Source: Bacteriovoracia bacterium
Lineage (GTDB): Bacteria > Bdellovibrionota > UBA1018 > CAIPTA01
NCBI GenBank assembly: GCA_050246755.1
Contig: JBFWVL010000001.1
Coordinates: 928,001 to 992,000, forward strand
Direction of reading: 5' to 3'
Length of the DNA stretch: 64,000 bases
The position numbers and the translations under genes were made by a program. Below the pieces are notes generated by a model. That model had not been told where the DNA came from. It saw nothing but the letters and a program-made list of their open reading frames with translations, and did not search any database. Shown piece by piece: positions 47,134 through 56,900 of this stretch. The number at the start of each line of letters is the position of its first letter. The first letter of the stretch is position 1.

Positions 47134-47858
47134 TAAGAACTGATGCGCATGCCGGCAACACGCATCATGGCCTCTACTACGATGCGCTTGGACATTTTAG
47201 ATTTACCGCGAGTGCGATCTTCAAAAATAATGGGGAACTCCACCAGCTTGAAGCCCTTCTTCCAGGCCCGCCATTTGAGCTCAATTTGAAACGCGTAACC
47301 TTCCGAACGGAGGGCACTGATATCAACTGCCTCGAGCACTTCCCGCCTCCAGGCGTTATACCCACCGGTCATATCGTTCACCGGCATGCCAAGAATCGTC
47401 TGGGCGTAAATACTACCGCCACGGCTAATTAACTTACGGCTAAATCCCCAGTTACGAATGCCTCCGCCGGAAACATAGCGCGAGCCCATCACTACGTCGT
47501 GGTCTTTCAATAAACGCCAGAATTCGGGAAGGTAAGTTGGATTATGGGAAAAATCGGCGTCCATTTCACAAAAGGCATCAAACCCTTTATCCAGGCCCCA
47601 AGCAAATCCGGCCACGTAGGCCTTGCCCAGGCCATTTTTTTCTTGGCGATGCAAAACATGAATGCGGGATTCTTTTTTTGCTAATTCATCGGCCAGGGCA
47701 CCGGTGCCATCGGGGGAATTATCGTCCACCACGAGCACGTTCACCTCTTTGATGCCGTAAAGATGCGCCTTGGAGTCCACTACATGGAATACGGATTCCG
47801 TCATTCCAGTTAGGTTTTGGATTTCATTGTAGGTCGGAATGATAATCAGGAACTTCAA
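47133..47858 (-). CDS. Polyprenol monophosphomannose synthase (DPM1/Ppm1-like GT2)
   Basis: IPTYNE, VDDNSPDGTG, MDADFSH, GYAFQIE, SKMS. Confidence 0.92.
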   Translation of the reverse strand: MKFLIIIPTYNEIQNLTGMTESVFHVVDSKAHLYGIKEVNVLVVDDNSPDGTGALADELAKKESRIHVLHRQEKNGLGKAYVAGFAWGLDKGFDAFCEMDADFSHNPTYLPEFWRLLKDHDVVMGSRYVSGGGIRNWGFSRKLISRGGSIYAQTILGMPVNDMTGGYNAWRREVLEAVDISALRSEGYAFQIELKWRAWKKGFKLVEFPIIFEDRTRGKSKMSKRIVVEAMMRVAGMRISS

Positions 47859-47901
47859 GGCGCTCGAGCTTTCCGCAGTATTTTACTGCCGCACTAACGA
47901 T

Positions 47902-48336
47902 CTAAAACGGAATCTCGTCTTCGGTGAACGAACTCTCCGTTACAGCGGGAGCTTCGTGCATTTCGGGCTGAGAATCCGAAGCTTGCGCTCCAGAGGTTGC
48001 TTGTGCGGATGGCCCGCCAAGGAACTGAATAGTGGCAGCTACGATTTCCGTCGTATACTTTTTGTTGCCATCTTTATCGTCCCAAGAACGAGTTTGCAGG
48101 CGGCCTTCTACGAAACACTGACGGCCCTTGGCGAGATATTTCTCACAAAGTTCTGCCAATTTTCCCCAAACCACCACGCGGTGCCACTCCGTGCGCTCCT
48201 GACGTTGGCCATTTTTATCATTCCAATTCTCGGAAGTGGCCAAGTTGAAGTTTGCTACGGCAGTGCCAGTGTTGGTGTATCGAATTTCGGGATTGTTACC
48301 TAGGCGACCGATAAGAAGTACTTTATTCACAGACAT
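47902..48336 (-). CDS. ssb: Single-stranded DNA-binding protein
   Basis: [24 protein letters not shown], acidic DEIPF tail. Confidence 0.97.
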   Translation of the reverse strand: MSVNKVLLIGRLGNNPEIRYTNTGTAVANFNLATSENWNDKNGQRQERTEWHRVVVWGKLAELCEKYLAKGRQCFVEGRLQTRSWDDKDGNKKYTTEIVAATIQFLGGPSAQATSGAQASDSQPEMHEAPAVTESSFTEDEIPF

Positions 48337-48417
48337 ATTACCCTCTCTCTCCCACAGGGAGATAACTAACGTACGATATAACTACAGGGATTTATTTATC
48401 GGTTCTGTAGAATCGAG

Positions 48418-48906
48418 TCAAGGAGAGGGAGCGGCAGAAGCGTTGTTTGTTTTCTTCGCGTCAGTAGAACTAACCGCGCCCGAATCTGCTGCCGGCGTTT
48501 TGTTGATGGCCTTGGTTGAGTAATTTTTTAATTTCAGGCCTTCAAAAAGATTTTCAGCTTCAATGCGCTGTTCCCAATGTTTGCGCAGTGCCTTACGAGC
48601 CTTGTGAACGTCTTGCTTATATAGAAAAGGATCAAACCCGCAACTCTCGCAAACCAAGGCATGACGCTTACGCATGCGATAAGCCACTTCGAATGAGAGC
48701 CAAAAGAAAAAATAAAGACTAAGGCCCTTCCAATCGAAAATCGGCCAAGCGAGGTACGTGATGGTGAGAGTGAGCACTAGTAAGGAAAGATGATGCTTTG
48801 CCTTCATCTTATCGATCGTGTTGGTGCTCTGATGGTAATGGCAAAGGGGACAGAAAAAATGTAGCTTCCCGGCACGCGTGAACTGAAATTGGTCTTTAGA
48901 CGCCAT
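48418..48906 (-). CDS. Two-TM protein with split CxxC pairs
   Basis: GGAGG RBS before MASKDQ; CPLC, two TM helices, CESCGFDP. Confidence 0.7.
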   Translation of the reverse strand: MASKDQFQFTRAGKLHFFCPLCHYHQSTNTIDKMKAKHHLSLLVLTLTITYLAWPIFDWKGLSLYFFFWLSFEVAYRMRKRHALVCESCGFDPFLYKQDVHKARKALRKHWEQRIEAENLFEGLKLKNYSTKAINKTPAADSGAVSSTDAKKTNNASAAPSP

Positions 48907-49003
48907 CCTTAGCCTCCCCCTATTTATTGTACTAAAACCTAGGCCACAATCCACCAGGCGTTTTTGTTTGGCCATTTCCCCCAAGGATTCCTACAATTTA
49001 CCT

Positions 49004-49579
49004 ATGCTAAAAAAGCTCGCCTTAACCTTATTCTCCATTGGCCTGCTAGGAACCTCCTCCGCGGCTTATGCCGAGTTTGGTGGTCATGTGGGGGCCCACC
49101 TAGGCATTGGTAATGAAGGAGGCGGTGGTCAGCCGGTAGGCAATACCAGCATTGGGACCCTTGACCTGCATCTAATGCCGGGTTTTCGCCTCTTCGGAAA
49201 ATCCCTTATGCCGGGCGTCTTAATGAACCTGCGCTTCCTGAGTCAGTTAGCAGGAAGCAACCGGCCGGGAAAAGAATTAAGCGGCTCAGGGTCTCTATTT
49301 GGGCTAGCCCTTGTCTACGAGTTCGATGTTTTTAAAATTCTCGCGTCCTATGACTTCCGGGCGCGACACGCTCATTCGAATCCCGACTCCACCTTTAAGG
49401 GATCAGGATACACCCTTCTATTTGGGTATAAGACCCTGCCAGACTTCTACGTGGATCTTGAGTTCAATAGCACCAGCTACTCGAGCCGCGAGGTGGCAGG
49501 AATAGTTCAAACATTCGATAAGCCCGCTTTACCCCTTGCCCATTGGAATTTGGCTTTGGGCCTCTCTTATAGCTTTTAG
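49004..49579 (+). CDS. Small outer-membrane beta-barrel protein
   Basis: Signal peptide; amphipathic strands; C-terminal LGLSYSF. Confidence 0.8.
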   Translation: MLKKLALTLFSIGLLGTSSAAYAEFGGHVGAHLGIGNEGGGGQPVGNTSIGTLDLHLMPGFRLFGKSLMPGVLMNLRFLSQLAGSNRPGKELSGSGSLFGLALVYEFDVFKILASYDFRARHAHSNPDSTFKGSGYTLLFGYKTLPDFYVDLEFNSTSYSSREVAGIVQTFDKPALPLAHWNLALGLSYSF

Positions 49580-49739
49580 CGTCGTTTATGCCGTTTTAGC
49601 CACAAATAGCTTCCTAATTTGCCCCAAATTGACCGCTCCTCGCGAAAAAAATTCTCTCCCCTATACTAAGAAAAGCTTTTCTAGGGCCGAAAGCTCATGC
49701 ACTACAAAGAAAAATGTAACCCATTGAAACCAATGAAGT

Positions 49740-49865
49740 AAATGACGCGGACCGGCCCCTCCTAGTTTCACTAGGGGGGCGGTTAGGTAGGTGGTAGTAG
49801 CGGTGGAAGTAGCAGAGTTATTGTGAACTATCAGCAGCAGCGTCAACATACGTACAACGTGAACA
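49740..49865 (-). ncRNA. Candidate sigma54-dependent small RNA (or small-peptide mRNA)
   Basis: Lies between a sigma54 box and a strong hairpin in a 450-bp gap; C/U-rich linker; ends approximate. Confidence 0.45.
49751..49783 (-). terminator. Strong GC hairpin, probable 3' structure of the candidate sRNA
   Basis: ACC-GCCCC-CCTAG/TGAAA/CTAGG-A-GGGGC-C-GGT on the minus strand; no immediate U-tract. Confidence 0.5.
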
Positions 49866-49875
49866 CCAACTACTT

Positions 49876-49891
49876 TACAAGGTCTATGCCA
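49876..49891 (-). promoter_or_regulatory. Putative sigma54 promoter
   Basis: TGGCATAGACCTTGTA on the minus strand (TGGCA-N6-TTG; GT in place of GC at -12). Confidence 0.6.
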
Positions 49892-49907
49892 AAGCCGGCG
49901 AAAGAGC

Positions 49908-49920
49908 TAAGTGACTGATT
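49908..49920 (-). promoter_or_regulatory. IHF binding site
   Basis: AATCAGTCACTTA matches WATCARNNNNTTR, 17-29 bp upstream of the sigma54 box. Confidence 0.55.
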
Positions 49921-50031
49921 AGATAGCGCAAGCTGATGGCATGATGCGCCAAAAAAGGCCCGGCGAAAGCGACACCGGTAACGATTTGACTCTGAAAGTT
50001 GCGTGTAAATTTTTCCGAAGGGGCAAAAACC

Positions 50032-50658
50032 CTAGTCTACCACCTTGAAAACATCGACGGCCTTCATGTTCACCAGTCCGCCGTCTTCAAACACTTTGCT
50101 CTGATCGCCATACGCCGTGAACATGTCGATGCGCTTGTTTTTAATGGCCGAACCGATATCCACCGCCATGAAGTAACCATCATGACGGGTTCCATCTGGC
50201 AGGAGAATGCCTACCGCCTTAGGAATATAAATTTTTGAGCCAATCTTCACCACTTCCGGATCCACCGCCACGGAACGAAACGGCACAAGGGGGATAAAAT
50301 CCAACCCATAGCCATAGGGAGCCTCCGGAGGACAAACCAAAAATCTAACTTCCAGCCCCCCGCCCTCTTTCGGAGCGCGGCCCGCGAAATTTAGGATTCG
50401 GCCGTCGAGCATTTTGCCCGTGCCCTCCATACGTATGTCTTTATCGAACTGCTCCGTGACCCTTGCCATCACGTTGCCGTCCATATCTTTCAATTCTCTG
50501 TTTCTTTCCGCGGCTTCGGCGGTCTCCACCGCCACCCAGTAAAAAGTGGGCTTAAGGGAGCCGATCTTTACCAATTTTTCAGTGCCTGCGGCACTCGCAG
50601 AAGTGGCGAGAGAAATAAAAAATAAAGAAAGTAGTGCGAAATGAGTTCTAAAAACCAT
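50032..50658 (-). CDS. 3D-domain (MltA-like) cell-wall protein
   Basis: Signal peptide; SVAVDP, AVDIGSAIK..RIDMF (three Asp). Confidence 0.85.
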   Translation of the reverse strand: MVFRTHFALLSLFFISLATSASAAGTEKLVKIGSLKPTFYWVAVETAEAAERNRELKDMDGNVMARVTEQFDKDIRMEGTGKMLDGRILNFAGRAPKEGGGLEVRFLVCPPEAPYGYGLDFIPLVPFRSVAVDPEVVKIGSKIYIPKAVGILLPDGTRHDGYFMAVDIGSAIKNKRIDMFTAYGDQSKVFEDGGLVNMKAVDVFKVVD

Positions 50659-50702
50659 CTGCCATCCTCCATGATGCAGCCGGCTCCTTTTTTAAAGGGG
50701 GC

Positions 50703-51686
50703 CTACACGTCTTTCCACGTACTGTGGAACTTTCTGAGAAACCTTACCCCGAGAGGGATGTAATAATTATAAGCGTTGGTCCAATCGATACAAACTCTAT
50801 CTGCTTTATTTAGTAATAAAAGTTGTAGCGAAAGACCGAGTAAAATTTTTCCGGCGCCGCGCCCTCTCTCGGTAGCGGATATTCCGATCGGCCCCAGACA
50901 AGAATCCGCGTAATGCCTGCCGGGAGAAACATCGTCTAGCGGCAACCGCATCGCCCCCGGCGTCCACCCCGCCTCAAGCACGGGGATATTCCCCCTCAAT
51001 GCGAGCCGGGAAAATCCGAGCAATCGACCATTATCGTCACGCAATAGATTCCAGAATGCCCGTCGCGTGTCGGCGCGGCTCTTCCAACAACGAAACTCTC
51101 TTTCCCAGCGGCCCGGAAATTCTTTTAAAAGAAATTCTGCCAGTAAACGAAAGTCCTCTTCGGTATGAGCCGTAACTAACTTGCAACCAACTTTTTCAGC
51201 CGCTTCTCGAGCCTGCGTAATGTAAGAAGATATTTTATAACTGCTCAAAGAGCCGCCGAAGTCTGCCGCCTCGGCGAAGCCGAACCCTTGTGCCGCAAAT
51301 GCTGCGGCAAGACGAGCTCCATTCGGTTCGTCGATGGGCACCCCCGCGACAAAATGAAACTCCTCTCCCCCCACCTGCACCCGCGTTTTCCCGGCGTACT
51401 TAGCGGATCGTAAAAAAGCATCGATGAACTGCGACTCTTTACCTGCTGGCACTTCCCCGTGAAGGCTAAGCCACAGCGTCTTACCTGAAATTCCCGCCGC
51501 CATTCCCGCTCTAGTCGGTAGCGCCAGCAAAACCGGCACCCCGCCAAAATCCTCAACGCGATATTCCAGCCAATCCTGCTCCAGAAGGTTCCAACGCAAA
51601 TCCGCTTCGTGTACCGCGTAGAATGCACCGTGACACTGGTTCCACTCTGTGACTACTCGTAGTGCTGCTTCAAGGCTGTTTGGCAT
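50703..51686 (-). CDS. GNAT-family N-acetyltransferase
   Basis: EFPGRW, LGPIGIS..ERGRGAG (AcCoA loop), CIDWT..YY..LG. Confidence 0.8.
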   Translation of the reverse strand: MPNSLEAALRVVTEWNQCHGAFYAVHEADLRWNLLEQDWLEYRVEDFGGVPVLLALPTRAGMAAGISGKTLWLSLHGEVPAGKESQFIDAFLRSAKYAGKTRVQVGGEEFHFVAGVPIDEPNGARLAAAFAAQGFGFAEAADFGGSLSSYKISSYITQAREAAEKVGCKLVTAHTEEDFRLLAEFLLKEFPGRWEREFRCWKSRADTRRAFWNLLRDDNGRLLGFSRLALRGNIPVLEAGWTPGAMRLPLDDVSPGRHYADSCLGPIGISATERGRGAGKILLGLSLQLLLLNKADRVCIDWTNAYNYYIPLGVRFLRKFHSTWKDV

Positions 51687-51797
51687 GTAGAAAGTCTACC
51701 TTTTCCCGCGCGCCTCCCAAGCAAATTTTCTCCACAAGAACGAAATTCACGTCTATGATTATCGGTACTGAGAATTCGACACAAATTTGGAGGCACT

Positions 51798-52841
51798 GTG
51801 ACCCTGAAACAAAAAATCCTTGCGCTTGGTTCGATAACGGCTCTTGCAGTCGTAATCGCGGCCTGCACGCAAAATGAAAGCGTGGCCAACGAGTCAGGCA
51901 TTCACTTCGTAAACAAAGAAGGCACTAACCCGAACGTAGTTGCCAAATACCAAGGCAAAGAAATTTCCGTCGATGAGCTAGAAAAGGCCAGCCCTGATAT
52001 TTATTCGGCCCGCCTTGAAGTTTATAAAGCGCAAAAAACCGCGCTCGAAGATTTCATCCGTAACTCCGTGCTCGAAGGCCTCGCCAAGAAAGCAAATCTT
52101 CCCATGGAAGATTTTATGAAGAAGGAAATGGATGCTTCCAAGAAAAAAGTTTCCGACAAAGACGTGGAAGCCTTCTTGAAAGAGCGCAAAGTTCCCGACA
52201 CCAGCAAGGTTCCTCCGGAAGTGAAAGATCAAGTACGTGGCCTCCTTCATATCCAGAAGCTAGTTGCTAATGAAACGAAGGGGAATCAAGTTGAGTTTTT
52301 CCTGAAGCGCCCAAGAGCGGTTCAGCTTGATTTCAAAACCGAAGGCGAAGCTACCTGGGGCAGTGCCGACGCTCCGATCAAGGTTGTAGAATTCTCCGAT
52401 TTCCAATGCTACTACTGCGGCCAGGCCCGCGAGCGCCTGACGGAACTCAAGAAAATCTACGGCAAAAAGCTGCAGATCGTATTCAAGCACTACCCTCTGC
52501 CATCCCACACCGAAGCCCGCCCCGCGGCGGAAGCCTCGATGTGCGTGAACGAACAGAGCTCAGAAAAGTTCTGGAAGTACCACGACATTCTTTTCGACAA
52601 CCAAAAAGCCTGGACGGATGAAGATCTCAAGGAATACGCTAAAAAAGCCGGCGCCGACGAGAAGAAGTTCGAAGAGTGCTTTAAGTCGAAAAAATACGCC
52701 GCCCAAATCGAAAAATCGATTGCCGAGGGCCAAAAGCTTGGCGTGAACTCCACTCCGTCGTTCTTCGTGAACAGCCAGTTGATCAAAGGCGCACAGCCGA
52801 TCGCTGAGTTCCGCGAAGTAATCGACCAAACCGCGAACTAA
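51798..52841 (+). CDS. DsbA/DsbG-like lipoprotein with helical N-terminal domain
   Basis: Lipobox IAAC; EFSDFQCYYC; cis-Pro GVNSTPSFF. Confidence 0.88.
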   Translation: MTLKQKILALGSITALAVVIAACTQNESVANESGIHFVNKEGTNPNVVAKYQGKEISVDELEKASPDIYSARLEVYKAQKTALEDFIRNSVLEGLAKKANLPMEDFMKKEMDASKKKVSDKDVEAFLKERKVPDTSKVPPEVKDQVRGLLHIQKLVANETKGNQVEFFLKRPRAVQLDFKTEGEATWGSADAPIKVVEFSDFQCYYCGQARERLTELKKIYGKKLQIVFKHYPLPSHTEARPAAEASMCVNEQSSEKFWKYHDILFDNQKAWTDEDLKEYAKKAGADEKKFEECFKSKKYAAQIEKSIAEGQKLGVNSTPSFFVNSQLIKGAQPIAEFREVIDQTAN

Positions 52842-52842
52842 G

Positions 52843-54291
52843 ATGAGACGGGCTAAGATCGTCTGTACTCTTGGCCCGGCTTCGTCCTCCCCCGAAATGA
52901 TCAGGGAACTGATGCGTCGGGGGATGGACGTGGCTCGCTTGAATTGCAGCCATGGCTCCCACGAGGATCTCACCCGACTGGTGAAACTCGTACGTGAAGC
53001 GAGCGAAGAACTGGCCCGGCCAGTAGCCATCCTTCTAGACTTACAGGGTCCGAAAATCCGCATTGGTAAATTTCCCGGCGGCCCGGTAGACGTAAAAAAA
53101 GGCGATAAGATCTCCATCACCACGGACGAGAACGCGCCTTGCACCGCCACCCAGCTTTCCACTACCTACCAACAGCTCGCCAACGACATTAAAGTGGGCG
53201 ACCGAATCCTACTCGACGATGGCAACGTAGAGTTACGCGCCCTCGCAAATGACGGAAAAATTGTAGAAACCGAAGTCGTATTTGGCGGCCGTCTTTCCAA
53301 CAATAAGGGAATGAATCTTCCCGGCGTAAAAACTTCCATCCCCAGCCTCACGGAGAAAGACCGCGAAGATCTCATTCACGGACTCTCCCTCGATGTCGAC
53401 TATATCGCGCTCTCCTTCGTGCGCTATCCTTCCGACGTGCGCGAGGTGCAGCAGCTAATTCATTCACAGCTGAAAAACGTGCCCGTAATTGCCAAGATCG
53501 AAAAGCCAGAGGCCATCAAAAATATCGATGATATCATTGCCGTGGCCGACGGCGTAATGGTGGCTCGCGGCGACATGGCGGTAGAAATTTCTCCGCAAAT
53601 GGTTCCCAGTGCGCAGAAAATGATCATTCATAAATGTAACGTGGCCGGCCTGCCGGTAATCATTGCCACGCAAATGCTCGAAAGCATGATCGACCATGCC
53701 CGCCCCACCCGCGCCGAAGCCTCCGATGTGGCCAACGCCATTTTCGACGGCGCCGACGCCCTTATGCTCTCCGCTGAAACGGCCTCGGGAAAATATCCCT
53801 CCCAGACCGTTCAGATCATGACGGATATCATTAAACAGGCTGAGAAAGACCGGGAATCCCTTAAAGTACGTAAGCCCGAATCCCCCCCCATCATTTCCAT
53901 CCCGGACGCGATTGAAAACGCCGCGTCACATATCGCCGTAGAGACCGGGGCAAAAGCCATCGTCTGCGTAACTAATTCCGGAAAAGCAGCCCAGGCTATT
54001 TCAAAGTTCAGGCCTCGCGTACCCGTGTTTGCAATTACCGATCGGCGCGATGTTCTCCAGCGCCTTGCTCTCATCTGGGGAGTAAAGGGTGTATTGATTT
54101 CGCAGGTAGTACCCGAGGTAGACGCCCTTTCGATGGCCGAAAAGGCCGTGGTGAACTGGTGGAATACCTACTTGGTGCCGGCGTTGCGCCCCCTACAGAA
54201 GGGCGACCTACTCATCATGACGATCGGGATCCCCACCATGGTAAGGGCCAAAACCAATACCGTAATCGCGCACTTCATTAAGGGTGTTTAG
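52843..54291 (+). CDS. pyk: Pyruvate kinase
   Basis: KIVCTLGPAS, DLQGPKIR, AKIEK, MVARGD, ATQMLESM, MLSAETA. Confidence 0.97.
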   Translation: MRRAKIVCTLGPASSSPEMIRELMRRGMDVARLNCSHGSHEDLTRLVKLVREASEELARPVAILLDLQGPKIRIGKFPGGPVDVKKGDKISITTDENAPCTATQLSTTYQQLANDIKVGDRILLDDGNVELRALANDGKIVETEVVFGGRLSNNKGMNLPGVKTSIPSLTEKDREDLIHGLSLDVDYIALSFVRYPSDVREVQQLIHSQLKNVPVIAKIEKPEAIKNIDDIIAVADGVMVARGDMAVEISPQMVPSAQKMIIHKCNVAGLPVIIATQMLESMIDHARPTRAEASDVANAIFDGADALMLSAETASGKYPSQTVQIMTDIIKQAEKDRESLKVRKPESPPIISIPDAIENAASHIAVETGAKAIVCVTNSGKAAQAISKFRPRVPVFAITDRRDVLQRLALIWGVKGVLISQVVPEVDALSMAEKAVVNWWNTYLVPALRPLQKGDLLIMTIGIPTMVRAKTNTVIAHFIKGV

Positions 54292-56891
54292 AAATCTTCT
54301 AGCGCGCGTATCCATTTTTTGGATATTTGATCCCACTGACCGCGTGATTCCGCATTCATATGGGGCACAAGCTCACCAATACTCAGCAGGGCGAGCGTAA
54401 GTTCACGCAGGTTCACCATGCGCCCGTTAGCCCCATTAACGCCCAAGGCAGCCGAGTAAAATTGGCAACGGCGATCCCAAAACTTCCTATTCATGTAGTA
54501 GTAAGCATCCAGAGCCGCCCAGCGGAAAATCGGAAGATCCAGGCTCTTTGCGCTGGCATTGAGCGCACGGATGGTCAGTAGGTGATCCTCGAGCGAAAGC
54601 GGAGAATCTACGCGCTGTAGCTTACCGCCCTCCAAGGAAAACTGGCCGTTAACGGCCCCGTCTTTTTGCTGGGCCACGCTCACCAAAAAGTTCGTTAGGC
54701 CCATTTGCAGAAGGCGCAAGTAAGTACGCGCCTTTGCCAGCTGATCCACGATGCGGGTGGTTCTATTTTCATCGTCGGGATCTGGAATCACCTTCAAGAG
54801 CGGCGCGGCCTTGGTTTGTTCCACGCCCTCGGTCGCATCCAAAAATTCCGAGAGTGCCAAAATATAACGGGCCACTTCGGCGGTACGCACGGTTTTACCC
54901 CGCGCTCCATTTTCCATCGAAACCAGGCCCGCGATGGTAGAAACCTTATCTAGGCCGATCTCTTTATATTTGTCTCCCCAAAGAAGCTCTCCGTCCGGAA
55001 GCAGCAGAAAAGCCGGCGAGGAAGGGCGCACGATATTCTGAAGAATCGAGGCGGCGTCGGCTATGGCGAGAGAGAAGATCAGATCTTTAGGAAAGATGGA
55101 AAGATCCACGGCACCATCCGGAATTTCAGGAGCCAGCTCTTCGGCTTTGACAACACTGAGCTTTTCGTCGAATACGTTCTGCTCCCAGTCGCGATGGAAC
55201 TTCACTTGGCGGGCAATTCCTCGTAGCAACTCGGCCTGTGCGCCCACGCTGGAATTGCGTTTCGCATTCGCCCGGTCCATAAAAAAATCAGTACTGGCCA
55301 CAAAGGAGTCCGGAACCAAAAACGACGTATCCCCCTTAAGCAGCTCATCCACTTTGAATAATTCGGTGGGCTTTCCATCCATCGCCAGAAGAAGAGAGGG
55401 AAAGGCTTTCCCATTCAACTGGGGAAAACCGCCAATGGCGAGGAGCTTCAGGAGAGGCTCCACCAGCGCGGGGCGGATTCGGCTGGTATTGGATTCCGGC
55501 AAAAACTCATGGGAAAGGGCCAAGCTCAAGCCCATCGTTTCGGCGCCAGAATTAACTTTTTCGTTGGCGGCCACTAACGGCTTTACGGAAAATTTTCCTC
55601 GTCCGCCAAGCTTCACGGAAATCTTATCCACCTCGAGGCCGCGAAGCTCATCACTGAAATTTTGGGCACCCCATTTTGCGGCTCGAGGACGGGCAAAACC
55701 GGGAAAATCAGATTGAATTCCCGCAATGAGCGCCTGGTATTTTTCGGCTTCCACCACGATATTTTTTCGTGCCTCTACTGGGATCTGCGAAATGAGCTTC
55801 GCCGCCTGCAACCGAACCTCTTTGATGAGGAAATCTTTGGCGGCAGCCTCGATTTGATCGTGAATTTTGCGCACGCCGAAATCGGTGAGCTTGGGCAAAA
55901 TTCCCACTCGCTTGGCTACTTCTAAAACGGGATTCAAACAAAACGAAGCCGACAGGCAATCCAGACTCGTTTCCGATTTATCGCTTAAGTAATCGTAAAG
56001 CTCGGGAACCACCGGCTTAAATACTTGTTCGCGATTCGCCACGGGCACTAACCGCCAAACTTCAATGAGCAACGCGAGCGCATCTTGGCTAGTTTCCATC
56101 GTGGCCAGGCTCTTCACCATATTATCGGCCTTACCAATCAAGCTGGCCTGCTGCTCGGGTAACTTTACTTTGAGCGTGGCCAACGCCGTTTTCACGGCTT
56201 TCACGGCTTGCGCGAAATTCTGGGCGTTTTCTAAGCTATCCGCCATTTTAGCGAAACCGGGGCGGTATTTACCGTACTCTTTACGGATCGCCGCGGTCAC
56301 CGGCTTCTGCAGTTCGGGAGTGAGATTGAGGCGAGGAATGGCCTTCATCAGCCAAGTCACGTAGTTATCGGCCGATTGTACGGCCTGATTCAAATGGGTG
56401 ATTTCTTTCGGCCAAGGATAAGTGGCCGCGCTATCGTCCAATAAAACGGTTAGTTTCTGCTTCGTCACGCTGAGATCGCGCGCGATGATCGTTAATTGCG
56501 TTTGGGCCTCCGGCTGCGCAGCCCCGAGGATCGACTCCATGTAAAAACGGCTGAAGCTATTCTTCGTGTAGGCGTTGCTGTCCTTGTAGAAGGCGCCGTA
56601 CATCTCTCTCGCGAGCTCACCCAGCTTCTCGTTATTATCGATGGCAGAGAGGGCTTTTAGATCATCTACCAGCCGGAAATATTCGGCCGTGTTCATTTCA
56701 CCCTGCTCGGTCAGCCCCGTCTCCATAATTTGGAGATTCTTGGGAAGCGTAAAGTCTACCTTAACGTCTTTATTGGAGGGGCCAACCTTAACCGGAAGCG
56801 CATCGGCGAGTGGTTTTTTATCCGCATAGCGGGAGCAAGAGGTTAGCGAGAGCGTGGTAAGTATCAGGAGTAGGAATTTCCGTTTCAACAT
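54288..56891 (-). CDS. Large hypothetical lipoprotein
   Basis: 867 aa; lipobox LTSC; mostly helical; no recognised motif. Confidence 0.8.
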   Translation of the reverse strand: MLKRKFLLLILTTLSLTSCSRYADKKPLADALPVKVGPSNKDVKVDFTLPKNLQIMETGLTEQGEMNTAEYFRLVDDLKALSAIDNNEKLGELAREMYGAFYKDSNAYTKNSFSRFYMESILGAAQPEAQTQLTIIARDLSVTKQKLTVLLDDSAATYPWPKEITHLNQAVQSADNYVTWLMKAIPRLNLTPELQKPVTAAIRKEYGKYRPGFAKMADSLENAQNFAQAVKAVKTALATLKVKLPEQQASLIGKADNMVKSLATMETSQDALALLIEVWRLVPVANREQVFKPVVPELYDYLSDKSETSLDCLSASFCLNPVLEVAKRVGILPKLTDFGVRKIHDQIEAAAKDFLIKEVRLQAAKLISQIPVEARKNIVVEAEKYQALIAGIQSDFPGFARPRAAKWGAQNFSDELRGLEVDKISVKLGGRGKFSVKPLVAANEKVNSGAETMGLSLALSHEFLPESNTSRIRPALVEPLLKLLAIGGFPQLNGKAFPSLLLAMDGKPTELFKVDELLKGDTSFLVPDSFVASTDFFMDRANAKRNSSVGAQAELLRGIARQVKFHRDWEQNVFDEKLSVVKAEELAPEIPDGAVDLSIFPKDLIFSLAIADAASILQNIVRPSSPAFLLLPDGELLWGDKYKEIGLDKVSTIAGLVSMENGARGKTVRTAEVARYILALSEFLDATEGVEQTKAAPLLKVIPDPDDENRTTRIVDQLAKARTYLRLLQMGLTNFLVSVAQQKDGAVNGQFSLEGGKLQRVDSPLSLEDHLLTIRALNASAKSLDLPIFRWAALDAYYYMNRKFWDRRCQFYSAALGVNGANGRMVNLRELTLALLSIGELVPHMNAESRGQWDQISKKWIRALEDF

Positions 56892-56900
56892 TCTTTGCTC

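Noticed and set aside
49785-49832. oriC-like DnaA-trio tract (CTA/CCA repeats after TAGTTCACA)
   Set aside because: Only one weak DnaA-box-like 9-mer, irregular trios, no AT-rich unwinding region and no dnaA/dnaN nearby
49661-49849. Attenuator leader peptide (Leu/Ile/Val/Thr-rich MLTLLLIV..TSTATTT) with hairpin
   Set aside because: No co-oriented biosynthetic gene follows (the next gene is convergent), the ORF reads through the hairpin and it has no clear RBS; kept only as an alternative to the sRNA model
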